Origin: Lama guanicoe
Lineage: Eukaryota
Assembly: GCA_013239625.1 (NCBI GenBank)
Contig: MU053652.1
Coordinates: forward strand, 5,757,902 to 5,821,901
Length of the DNA stretch: 64,000 nt
Direction: 5' to 3'
Positions 36,501 to 48,660 of this stretch are shown here, in pieces (the first letter of the stretch is position 1; the number at the start of each line of letters is the position of its first letter). Under the pieces are notes generated by a model. That model did not search any database and was not told the DNA's origin. It saw only the letters and a list, made by a program, of their open reading frames with translations. The translations under genes and the position numbers were made by a program.

Positions 36501-38189
36501 AACCCTTTATATATTTTTGATATTAAGTCTGTATCTTATGCACGCTCTCTTATCTCTTTTCAGTCTGTGGTTTGTCTTTTAGCTTTGTTTAGTTTTCCTC
36601 TGGGTAGCAAGATCATAAAAAGTTTGTCTAGTTTGTTTTTTTTTTCCTATTTCCTGTAACAGTTTGAATTTAAGATAATAATGGCAACTATCACTTCTGA
36701 ATTTCTTTTTACTGCTCTTTTAACATCGTTAATGATTTAAGTCTATTTAGGGTAGCGATTAGGCTTTGCCTCAGGCTCCTGGGCGGGGGTGGAGTTTTTC
36801 CTGTCCACCCTCCAAGGCCTGGGCAGCTCCAGTGGGCCGAGTGTTAGTTCTAGATCTCCTCTGGGTCAAGATCCAAGGCCAGGATTCCAGGCCCAGGCTT
36901 TGGAGCCATATTCTCATAAATACCCTTTTGGAATGCCACAGCCCCAGCTCCTACTTACATCCTGACTTTGACTTCCCTATTTGCTTATGACTCTTTGATC
37001 TTACCTTCAAGTTCAGATTATGTTATAGTATTTATCCTGGTTGTGTTTGATCCGACTTTCCATGTGTTTGTAAACAGAAGAGGGTCTGTATCAGCTTTCT
37101 CTGTTGTGTTGCTGGGTGTCTACTGGAGAGGCTCCAGTTACATTCATGATTCTGATGAGGACTATTAGTATCTTTGGGGTTCAATAACTGACCTAAGGGT
37201 CTCAGTTTTATTTGCATGCTAATAGTATTCAGACCAGGAAGTGGGTCGGCTGAGCTATCTGGAAAGACAGAGAAACTATTTATGTACGTTTTCAGCTTAG
37301 GCATTTAATAGTTAAGCTTTTGTCAAACTCACAAGTGGAATCAATCCTTCAGAAAGAAAAATATTAGGGCTATGCCTTTTGTAGACAAGGGAAATACTCT
37401 TTTGGCAAATATTTGACAAATGTCTAAATCAATCCATATATGAATGTAAGTTTGTCTGTCTGTTTACTCTCTGTTGAGCCTATGGACAACTGATTTGTAG
37501 CACTTCTGTGAACATGACTCTATAAGCCTAATTTCAACTGCCTTATTACCTTTTACATAGGAGACCTCAACTAGAGAGGGAAAAATGAATAATGTTTCAC
37601 CTTGTATTACCCAAAGAGCTATTTTACTCTGTTCCATACAAATAGACTCAGGGACCACGATTTAATTTGAGATGGAGGAGGCTGCTCACTGGGCCCCAAA
37701 CATCCTCCAACTTTTGTGTAAAATTATCTGTAAGTCTTGTTCCAACCTTTGGGCAACAGCTCTACAGTTCTGATCTTAGCCTTATAATAGGGTCTGAGAT
37801 TTGAGTGTCTTTTACATTCCTTGCCTCCCATCAGCTTCTAGCCTCCTGTCAGTACCACCACAGCTGTCTCTTTAGCATCAGCTACAGTGACTTCTTTCTG
37901 CCAGTGCCCCCAAGTTCAGGCCCTGCCCTGTGTTCCACCATCCCTGGCTGCCTGCTCTGGGTAGCAGAGACAGAGGAGCACCTGACCCAGAGCCATTAGC
38001 ACTCATTGAGACTTAATTCTGAGCTCTCCTTCTGAGTGATTGTGAGTGGTCTGATCTCTGGATTCCTGAAAACTTGGTAACTCTGACCACTAGAATTGGT
38101 CAGTCTCTTCAAACTTTTCCTGGCTCTTGGACTCCTCAGATCCCAGATTCCTGTGCACATGCCAGTCTGAGAAACTCTCAAATCTTGCT

Positions 38190-38335
38190 ACTTACAGTGA
38201 GGTCCAAGGACCCAGCAGCCTTGACATCACTTGCCAGCTTATTTACAAGCGCAGAATCTCAGGTTCCACCCCAGACCTACTTAATCAGAAGCTATATTTT
38301 AACAAGATCCCAAAGTGATTGATAACGTACTGCTC
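38190..38335. mobile_element. MER5A fragment
   Basis: gcagaatctcaggttccaccccagacctacttaatcagaa...ttttaacaagatcccaaagtgatt. Confidence 0.8.
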
Positions 38336-39539
38336 CACTGACTGAATTTCACTTCTATACTAGGTTTCATTATCAGCCAGAGTCCCTTTCTTCAAAATAG
38401 GAAACCCACAAAATGATGGGGACACTCCTCTTCACCTACCCAATGAGAGTACACTTTGATGATCAATGCTTATGAGACTGTGTTCCTAATAGAACTGTGG
38501 CTCCCACTGAGTGTGTTAGAGAAAGAAATAGAAGTGAGAACCAGTGAGTCCTAGCTTCACTGTGCCCGCTTCTAACCGTGACCACTGCGTGATCCTTCTG
38601 GGTTGCACAGTGTTTGATTGCACCTCCCCAGCCCTCGTCGTGTTGGGGACTTGGACTAGAACATTCACATACTCCTCAGGGTCCACACCTCCTGCCCCCA
38701 ACACACTGGGTGGGCAACAGCACAGACCAAGGCATTTGGCTTATTGTCACAGAGTGAAGCAAATGTCTACCCATGTCAGGTCGAGGACCTTGGCCTTATT
38801 AGCACTGACCTACAAACTGAGCTTGTTAATGCCCTGGTTCCCATCAGGTAATGAGTGCTTAAGCACCTACTGCTTCCAATTAGAGTGAACTATTGGCAAG
38901 ATGGTCTCAGCCCTCAAGCAACTCTCTCAGTCTGAAATGGGGAAATGGTATAAGGCAGGAAGGACAAAAGACATGCTGCATGAAAAAATCATAGCATAGA
39001 GGTCTGCAGAGTGGTTATCTTGACCACATGGTGACTACTTCATTATCAGGAAGTTTCGGATCTTTAAAAATAGAAACATTCTCAATATAGTAACGAGGGA
39101 CTGCCATGCTGTTCTCTTTGGTTGGGAATGTGGATGTTTGGAGGTTTGCTTATGTAATCAAACCATTCAGAAAGTTGTTTTCCAACTTAAATTATTTTTG
39201 CAAGTTTAGAGAAATTATCTCCTCAATTTCACTACCTAGAAAATGATTCATGAGTTTAACAGGCGTTCCTAATTCTGTCAAATTTTCACTCCAACCCGAA
39301 GGAGAAAGAAAAGTATTGCAGCAAGATATGCCAAAGTGTATTTTAATTATAAATCAAATGTAAACTTTTAAAGAAAAAGAAAGTTTTCATTTATCCTACC
39401 TATTTAGAAGAAAATATGCCCATTCTGATGAGAGAGTGGAGGAACTTGCCAACAGATTTTTTTTAAAGAAATGTTTCTAGGTAGGTCTAATTTTCGTATT
39501 TATTATTGATTATTTGTAAATCTAACAAACTTTGGAGTT

Positions 39540-41290
39540 TATAGCTTCGGCCACCGCTGCTGCATTTGCATGTTATCTTGTTTGCTGTTTTTCTGGAGGA
39601 AAAATTAACTATTAAAAAAATTATGTGAATGTCTCCTGCTGTAGTACAGATTCAAATCCTAAGAAGGGCTTTAGTTTGCTTGCTTTGGTTGCAGCAAGAG
39701 TCTATTCCAGAAAGTGAAGAATTAGAATTGCTGCCGCTCAGTTTGAAGGGAACCACTGGACATGCTGTGCATGCTTCGGTCCAGTGTTTCCCGAGCACCT
39801 GGTGAAGGCAGTGCAGAGCCCTGGGACAGCTCTGCGGGTGGAGCAGGCATGGAGACTGTTCTCAGAGAACTTGGAAGTGAGTAGAGGAGACAAAAACCGA
39901 GGTGGACCATTTTAACACGTGGTTGGAAGTAACTATCGCGGGGGATGGAAGGAGAGGCGCTGTGGTTGCCCAGAGAAGGAAGTAGGAGTGATGGGGTGAG
40001 GGAAGGCTCGGGGCAGTAGAGACAAATGGACCCGGTTTGGATGGATGCGAGCGTTTGAACAAGGATCACATTCCTGTGTAGAAACCTGCTGTGGAGATAA
40101 TGACCTAAAATGTGTAAAACTCTGCGCCTCATTATCATTGCCTTTGTTTCAAGGTAGATGCAAACAGCCTGAAAACTGGCCAAGCAAGCCCATAATGATA
40201 CACAGAGCCCCCTTTTCAATCATGTAATCTGTGATGATTACACAGTGGGCACTGGCTGTGGGCTGGGCTCTTCGCCGGGACAACCAGCCAAGCGGCAAAC
40301 AATCAAACTGGACAAAGTCAAAAACATTCTCCGAGGAAGAGAAAGGACAAAGGAGAAAAGCAAACAAAAAACCCACAAAGAACCCAAATAACAATCATAA
40401 AGAACAAGAAACAAAGAACCCGGATAACAGTCATAAAACACAGCCAAGACTTTACAAGGGAATATTACGAGCATAGCCAGGAGTCCTGGAATAAGACTGG
40501 ACCTCCACGAGGCCGCCCAGTCGCATCCTTCACTTGCAGTTCTTCTTTACTTTCTTCTTCGATTTATGGAGGTTCAAGGGCTCTTGTCCGCATGGTGACG
40601 ACAAAGGCCGTGGATTCTCGTCGTAGGTCTGCCACCGCTAAGCAGTGTGGCCTGGGCCTACGCACTCCCCTGGGGCCCGCGTGCAGAGGGGCAGCAGGAG
40701 TGACTGTTTCATGATGTGCCCAGAAGTGCCCACCATATGCAGCCAAGGAGGGTCCAGGTCCTGCGGCAGTGGGGAACGGGGGCAGACAAACCACGCAGCC
40801 ACTCCGCCAGCAGCTCCACGGCTGAGAAAAATCAGCTTAGAAAACTGGGTCAGACTGGGCTGGTGATTATAATCAGAAACCCGCAGAAGGAAACTCTATA
40901 AACATGTTAGCCTGGGCAAAATTGATTGTTTTAACAATAAAGGTGAAACAACGGATTAAAAGAAGTGATGCCGCACACCTTCTGCCCTGACAGAAACGGG
41001 GTGAGGGACTGGAATTGTAGGTGGAAGACGGGGGTTCTGTTTTAATTCAGAAGAAGAAAAGGCTCATTTTCCCTTCAGTTTCAAGCATGATTTTTAGTTT
41101 CAGGCTTTTCTCCATGTGACGGGCCCCGCTCCACCCTGGATATGGGGTTAGCTGATGACACTAATTGTCCCAATCAGCTCCCTGAAGGCTCAGAGGGCAT
41201 TTTCTTTGCAAACTTAATTTTAGTTTTGTGAAATCATTAAGTCTTGGAGGGTGCTGGGTGACACACGCTGCTGTAATTATCGCTTAGCCA
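39540..41290. promoter_or_regulatory. Repeat-poor, GC/CpG-retaining block; candidate regulatory region or unannotated exon(s)
   Basis: Visibly more CpGs than the flanks; octamer ATTTGCAT near 39564; hairpins; no recognisable repeat. Function not determinable from sequence. Confidence 0.35.
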
Positions 41291-41299
41291 AGCCTGGCA

Positions 41300-41560
41300 T
41301 GGTCAGCTTAGTTGGATAGAATGTGGCACTAATAAGAAACAGCACTGTGGATACAATCTCATGTAAGCTATTCAGCTCGACAGAGGGAGGAATCTATATT
41401 TCGTGAATGCATCTCACCCCTGGACAACCGGCTTGCAAAAATAATGTTTGGCATCAATGGGGATTGGGAGAGGACATACTTGAGTGGCCAGTGTGACCCA
41501 TTAATGTGACCAGGAAGAAAGCACAAAGCATGTGCTCAAAAACCAGTGGGTCTCAAACTC
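41300..41560 (+). mobile_element. MamSINE1-like ancient tRNA-headed SINE
   Basis: tRNA-like head cagcttagttggatagaatgtggcactaataag, then cttgcaaa...ggggattggg...cagtgtgacccat...caaagcatgtgc. Confidence 0.6.
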
Positions 41561-41609
41561 ATGTGAGGGTGCTACTGTCTTATATGGACAGCATTTGACT
41601 ATTTTGTGT

Positions 41610-41830
41610 AACAATAACTATAACAAGGGAAGTTTCCATTGTCTGTTATCTGAATGCCTCCTGTGTGCTAGGCATTGTAGTAAGCATCTTGTGTGTACTA
41701 TTTCAGTTAACATAGCAATCAGTGAGTTAGATAGCATTGTCTCCTCATTACAGATGAGGAAACCTAGCCATAAAGATGTCTGTGGACTTGCCCAATATCA
41801 CACAATTAGGAAATGATAGTTCAAAGTCCT
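41610..41830 (-). mobile_element. MIR SINE
   Basis: tgaatgcctcctgtgtgctaggcattgt...ttacagatgaggaaacc...acttgcccaatatcacac. Confidence 0.8.
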
Positions 41831-42194
41831 GGTTTTCCTTATTTAGGTAGGCATAGCATGGAGAACTGGGAATTCTTAAATCTAGAAATTGTTTTTAGAA
41901 GAAAGAAGAAGAAAACCCATGATTCTGACCTTTCATCAATTTATTTATTTTATTACAGTAATCATTTATTTCATGCTAAGACTCTTATTATATAAATAAA
42001 TTCCCTGATTGCGTTGCTGCCTCTCCTTGAAGCCCAAGGTGTTAAATATTTCAGGACTCACCGTCCTGAGAAAGAAATTCCCAAAGAAGATCGAAAGCTG
42101 AGATGCCTGGCTTTTAATAGTGACCTTACTATCATCAGATGGTAATAATTTGAGACAGTGAAAGATTCACTGCAATCTTACTGAGAGCTGGATA

Positions 42195-42370
42195 TAGAAT
42201 TGGGTACTTTGTGCATTGTCTTATTTAAGCCCAGGAAACTGAAACAAAGGCAGCTGAGGCTTGGAGAATGTAGGTAAGAGCTCAAGATCAGACAGCTAGG
42301 AATTGGGGAATTAGGATACATAACCAGTCCATCTGTCTTCAGGGTCAGAGCTCTTAACCACTAAGGTTTA
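42195..42370 (-). mobile_element. MIR fragment
   Basis: ctgaggcttggagaa...ctcaagatcagacagctag...gctcttaaccact. Confidence 0.6.
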
Positions 42371-42785
42371 CTCCTTCTCTACCTAGTGATTTCTTTTCTG
42401 ATATTTGGTACTAAATATTTGGGCATGTGGCCATTCATTTTTCAAGTGAATTGCCCCTTCTTCATGAGATTTCTTCTTGAATAGATTAAGTGACCTATTA
42501 TTACCTCTATAAACTAGTAAAATAAAAGGTAAATGATTTAATTTTACAATTCAATTTTTGAAAGATTGAGTGTTTTCAGACTGAATATGGTTTCACTTAT
42601 TCACATGAATTTTCTTAGCTGAGATTTGATGAGGACTACTGGGTTTCAGTGCACTCACTACTTCATCTTATGACCCTCTTTTCTTTTTAAAGGGTCGGCA
42701 TTTCCATTTACTCACTTTTAGCTCATGTCTGTGGATAAACAATACATACTTTGTACTCAAATCATTTTGATTTCCAATTTTCTTC

Positions 42786-44642
42786 TGTATTAATTAGGGT
42801 ATAGGCTTAGGTTCTATAAAAGTGAGACTGCAAAATATGGTGCCTCTAACAATATAGATATTGTTTAGGTAAGAAGTTCAAGGAACATAGGAGGCATTGT
42901 TTCAGGAGGTCACTCAGAGACCCAGGGTCTTTCTATCTTGTTGCTCTGCACTCCTAGGGAGCTTTTCCAACTGTGTACTCAGCGGTGGCACGCACCTTCA
43001 CATCTGCCTTCTAGTTCATGGGAAGGGGGGAGAAAGAGACAGTAAGTTGGGGGCAAGCAGTTTCCCTTATAGGCATACTCCATTGGTCAAAATTAATATC
43101 CCATTGGCCAAAATCTAGCCACATGGCTGAGGAGAGTCGGCTTTGACTGGGGGAGTTCACAGCTTACTGGGTGCTCTTGACCTAAAAGAAGAAGAGGAGA
43201 ACAGACAGTGGAGGTAATTAAAATCCTCTACCACATTTTGCTCCTCTAGCATCCAGTATCCCTTCTCACCCTTCATCCCACTTGCAGGACATACATACTT
43301 TCTTCCCAAAGGAGACAAACCAAAGCCCATCCAACCACTGCATCCAGCTGAGAGTCCAGGACTTCTAGGAGACATTCAGCTTCTGTCAGTTCAGATGGGG
43401 CTCCGGTTCTTCTGCACTAAAACATGAGTTGTCTGCTACAGCATCGTCAGTTGGAAAGGGGAGAATGGGAAGCACCCAGCTGAGTCAAGTCAGTAGCAGT
43501 TAGCACATTTTGCTGGGCAGGACATGCTTGGCAGTCCTTGGTAGGCCTTCTTGGCCACCCCAGACTGGCCCTCTGGGAGTGAGATTTTTGCCATTGTTCT
43601 TGGTAGTCCTTGTCTTTTGTGGTGAGTATTGTCCATGGTGAGTATTGGAGAGTGTCTCATCAGGAGCTGCTCTCCAATTACAGCCTGCTTTCTACTGGTG
43701 CTGGTCTGGGGACCTGAGATTTGCTTTACTGATTGAACGGTCACTGGCTTTGTTAGCTAGGCTTTTGTTTTCTTTAGCAAGGCAATTTTCTCAAAAATTC
43801 AAGTCTCTTTGCTTCCAGTCTGCTCCATGTGAAAGTAACCTCTTAAGCTTGCAGAGTCCAGCTTTTTACTTTTGGCTTCAGTGCACAGCCCACTCTTAAT
43901 TCTCTTTCTCAGATTAAGGGGTTATACTTTAAGGTCATCTGAAGCAATGGGCTTGAATGAGGACGGTCCACCTTTGTCATCTGAATCTTTGCAGCTGGAC
44001 TGGCTCCCATTGTGTGGCTTAGGAGAAGGCCCCACAGGATGTTCTTGGAATAGGCTCTGAGTGACAATCTTATGTTCTGCTTGGAGAAGAGAAATAGTTG
44101 ACTCTACTACCACGGGTCACTAGCTTTGCAGCTCATGATATCTGTGTCCTCAACCCCTGCCATCTGGTCACTAATCCATTGCCAGATATCTTCAGTTTTG
44201 GCATGTACTGACTGTGCATCTAGGTAGAACTCTATGTTAGGCAAAGCTGCTATAACAAAGAGACCCTAAATATACTGGCTTAAATAAGATAGGAGTTCCT
44301 TTCTTTTGCTCCTGATGGTCTCCAGGTAGGCAGGGAGTCCAGGAGGGGTCAGCACGGCGCTCTACAACATTGATTAGAGACCAAGTTCTTTCTGTTTGTT
44401 CCTCTGTCTGGTCCCAAGGTGCTGCCCTCAGCTTCAGCACTGAAACTGCCACACACCACCTGCAGGAGGGAGGAGAGTGGGAGACAAAGTGGAGGGTAAA
44501 TAATGTCCTTATGAAAACGTGAACTGCAAGTTACACACAGCCTTCCCAGTTACACCAAAAACTTACTTCTGTAGCCACACCCAGATGCAAAAGAGGCTGG
44601 CCACAGGGAGGGCAGGGTGATAGTCACCAGTGCGGCAGCCAC
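42786..44642 (-). mobile_element. MaLR (MLT1J-like) element: LTR 42786-43234, internal region, LTR about 44213-44642
   Basis: Two related LTR-like blocks (ctataaaagtgagactgcaaaatatggtgcctctaacaatatagat vs ctataacaaagagaccctaaatatactggcttaaataagatagg; both contain gagaccca...tctttct.tc.tgtt..ctctg) around about 1 kb of MLT1-internal-like sequence. Confidence 0.65.
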
Positions 44643-44724
44643 TGTTTTTCTTTTCTTCATTTTTTAAAAGATTTCTGCTCTCTTGAATGCCGATACATGC
44701 CATGTATAAAATGAACTACTTAAA

Positions 44725-44940
44725 AATGGTTTTAGCTTTATTGGAGTATAACTGACATATAAAATTGTTAAGGTATTTAAATTGTGCGTCTTGGTGATTT
44801 GATACAAGTATACATTGTGAAAGGATTCCTTCCATCTAGTTAATTAACACATCCATCTCTCTTTTTATTCTTTTGTGGGAACATTTAAGCTCTACTATTT
44901 TAGCACACTTCAATGTACAATGCAATGCTATCAACTGTAT
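44725..44940 (-). mobile_element. LINE-1 (L1MA/MB-like) 3' end
   Basis: agcttttattggagtataactgacat...atacattgtgaaaggatt...ctagttaattaacacatccatc. Confidence 0.8.
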
Positions 44941-46529
44941 CAAATGAAACATGTTTTAAGTCCCAGTTTTGGTGCCACTGGTCAGGAATAGAGCTCTCCT
45001 CTTTTAGGTGAGGCAAACTGAAATTTATTTGTTTTTAACGCCTGCTTCCAGGGTATGTAAAAATGGGAGACTAGTTGGAAACCTGGGGCTAAAAGGAGTG
45101 GAGATGAGATCTCTCTAAATAAAATTCAGGGGATTCAACAGTTAGAAGGAAGGAGGAAGAGTGGATAATGGGGAGTCAGAGAGTCCATTCCACAACCCTG
45201 CTGCCTAATTATAAAATGAGGTTAAATGTGACTGGACTTCTGGCATGATCTTAGAAACTTGCTCCTTCACAAGGAGCCAACCTATCATGATAGGAGTGAA
45301 AAATATCCTCCTGGTCTTGTTGCTCCTTTAGCTCTCTCCCTGCATTCTTACAGATACAAGGTGAATTGAGTTTTTAAGGAATAATATCATAGGATGAGTG
45401 ATCAACTGTTTGAAGTTCAAATATCTATCATTTTTGAATTCCTTTTCAGCCAACCACATTGTAATTTCGTCACGGAAACTTATTTGTGAGCCTGGGTAGG
45501 TATCTTTATAACTAATTCCAGGCAGCTTGGTTTAGGTGGTTTTCATCTTTTCTTAGTAGTGACATTGTTGCCAGCCCAGATGGAGTAATTCAGGCTTGGT
45601 AGGAGTCATAGGTGCATGAAAGCTCATATGAAGATGTAAGAATGATGAGCTGAGTGGCCAGCTAGCTTGAGTAACTCAGTCTGATTGTCCATTGCCTCTG
45701 ATAGCACTGAACTCATAGACAAAACTGCTTCCCAAGTGTATTGGTGGACATGGTGTATTTAAAATGGGAGAAAAAGAAAAACACAGAATAAGTTGTAGTA
45801 CCTGGAAAAGTTAGTACGCTGGAAAATGTGGTTTGGAAGTTGTACATGTGTATCATGTTCTGATATGGTAGTTTCATCTGGACACCTGTAAGCAGTTTCT
45901 TTGTAACATTCATTGAACTCTGCTCTCTTTCCTACACACACAATTGTCAGCATTCATTTCTGGTTCATATGAGTCTGCATGTGTGTGTCTTTGCTTCCCT
46001 CTCTGTTCTAAGTCAGCAAGTAGCTGCAAGTCTGATTGATGCTCTGGCCCTTGTCCCACCCCAACCTTGAAATTGTGGGTCTGAGCTGAACTGTGGACTT
46101 TGCCATTATGTCCTCTTCTTTCTGAATCGTTTCTAGTGATGTCTCCCTCTTTCATACAAACTCCTGGGTAGCTTAAAATGATCTACTACAAGCATGATTC
46201 TTCTTTGTAGTTTTATGTTTTGTTTTTAAAATGCGTACAAATCTTGCATTCTACAGCACAATTGATCTATTTGTTTAAGGAGACAGATGATTTAAATGAT
46301 TATTATCTGTTAAAACAATTACCTCTCTCTGCCTCAAATCTTCAAGTAAAACTTAATTTGCAGAAAAATAAGCTACGTTTATCCTGTGGCTTTGCACAGT
46401 CTTTTGGCATGTGGCTCCAAGCCTCTATGGAGTCAAAGATTTCTAGTCTGAGAAACACATAGTTTCTCAGTTAAAGAAACTGAGCTCCAAGTGTGGGATT
46501 TGAGATCAGGAATTTTTTAAAAAATCCCT

Positions 46530-47390
46530 TTTGTTTTATTTTCCTTTCTTTTTTTCCAGCTTTATGGAGGTATAATTGACAAATAAAAGTTAAATATAAA
46601 TTAAAGATAAAAATTATATATAAATATATACATATATATATATTTAAGGGGTACAGATTGATGTTTTGAAATATATATACATTGCAAAATAATTACCACA
46701 CTCAAGTTAATTAACGTATAAATTGCCTCACATATTTTCCATTTTTTTTAATTAAAGTATAGTTGATTTACAATGTTGTATTAGTTTCAGGTGTACAGCA
46801 AAGTGATTCATTTATACATATGTATATATTCTTTTTCAGATTCTTTCCCATTCCAATTACTACAAGATATTGAATATAGTTCCCTGTGCTGTACAGTAGG
46901 TCCTTGTTTATCCTCCGTTTTGATTTTCTTTATGCTTTTTTGTTTTGTGGTAAGAACACTTAAGATTTACCCTCTTAGCAAATTTCAAGTGCACAATACA
47001 GTAGTATTAGCTATAATCACATTGCTGCACATTAGATCTTCAGAACTTATTTGTCTTGCGTAACTGAAGCTTTATACCTTTGGATCATCTCTGATCCATT
47101 TTCCCTTCTCCCCATTCCCTGGCCACCACCATTCTTTGTCTGTTTCTATGAGGTTAGCTATTTTAGATTCTACAGATAAGTGAGATTGTTCAATATTGGT
47201 CTTTTCTGTGTCTGGCTTATTTTATTTAGTAGGGCATCCTCCAGATTCATGTTGTTGCAAATGGCAGGATTTCCTTCTTTTGTAAGGCTGAATAATATTC
47301 CATCGTGTATGTGTGTGTGTGTGTGTATCTTTATCCAATTCACCCACTGATGAAAATTTAGCTTGCTTCTATATTTTGGCTATTGTGAAG
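46530..47390 (-). mobile_element. LINE-1 (L1MA-like) 3' UTR containing a younger L1 3' end at about 46742-46910
   Basis: ccagctttatggaggtataattgacaaataa...; nested tatagttgatttacaatgttg...acagtaggtccttgttta; host resumes at aagaacacttaagatttaccctcttagcaaatttcaag. Confidence 0.85.
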
Positions 47391-48169
47391 GAAAGGCTCT
47401 CTCCAAAGCCTAAGGATCATGCTGCAGAATAGATGACTCATGGTTCCAGTCTAACCAACTCCAGTCTCTTTCTTGTTTGACCCATGTAAATGTTATTGTC
47501 TCCTTCCTGGCTTTAACTGCAGACACAAAGGACCTGAGATTTCTATCCCTGACCCTGAGAAGAAACCTCATACTGTTTAGTGTTCTGTTGACTTTAATAT
47601 TTCTAGTCATTTGAAGATGCATTTTATTTATTTACTTTTCAAATTTTTTTGTATTGCTTCTTTCTCTGGCCTAGAGATTGCTGGTATGTTCGTTTTTAGC
47701 TCTGTGGTTTAACCTCTGTGTATGCCATTATTAAAATCAATTTAAAAAAATCATAAGCATGCTGTGGAGACCCATCCCTAAGCATATTCATGAATGATTT
47801 AGAGCAGGGCTAAATGATTGCATTTTGTGGCTGAAAGATTCACAGTTGATAAATTATAAGGATTGACTGTTCTTTGCCTTTCTTAAATATATACTAGAAT
47901 TATGAAATTTTACATACCTTTATAATGGAAAAACGTTTTGATAGCATAGTTGAGAGCTCTGGGGGATTTTGCCTCCACCCATAGTTCTCTAAACTTGGCT
48001 TCTTAAGTGTTGGAAAAGTACCTGGTTAAGTTTGAGTGTGATTGCCATGAGCAGTTATACAGGACTTACAAAAGGAATAATGTCTTGCCCTTCGTCCTTG
48101 AGAGTGAGGGGACAAAATTAACGTGTATCAACATACATATCAAGGGTTTAATGGGTAACAGAATATGGA

Positions 48170-48660
48170 ATGATGATTTATTCATATACTCCACATATAT
48201 CAGTAAGGTCCTCCTACATCCCAAACACTGTGCTATCCTACAGGGGGAGGTGGTGGATGAAGTAGATAAGGTCTCTGCTCTCAAGAAGCCAGTGGGAATG
48301 ATGCCATATTTATTGCAGTGTTATTACGTGCCAGACATTGTTCTGCCACCTTCACTTCTAACTCTTAGCCTTTATAGTAACCATTGTGAGGCATAGGATA
48401 TATTTACAACTAATAAGTGTTGGAACCAAGATTGGAACCCTAGCAACTGCCCCCATAATACAGAGTCTTGGCTTCCACACTGCCCTGTTATATAAACCAC
48501 CAATACATACAGGTTTATCCACCTGTGAACTGTGATAAGTGCTAAGAAAGAAGGGTATAGGATGCTAATTGGAAGTAGCAAGGGATGTGGGTTAGAGGAC
48601 ACGTGAAGAATGATTAAGTTGCCAGCTAAGTGTGAACAGAAGAGAGGCTAGGGCAAGTGA
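48170..48660 (-). mobile_element. L2 fragments flanking a MIR (about 48300-48490)
   Basis: cactgtgcta...ataaggtctctgctctcaagaagc (L2); ttacgtgccagacattgttct...ccaagattggaaccctagc (MIR). Confidence 0.55.

Noticed and set aside
39731..39870. H/ACA snoRNA or SECIS interpretation of the hairpin pair
   Set aside because: No ANANNA hinge with terminal ACA at the right spacing, and no AUGA/GA quartet with apical AA
39722..40219. 165-aa minus-strand ORF
   Set aside because: No recognisable domain and begins at a non-ATG codon; kept only as part of the unresolved 39.5-41.3 kb block
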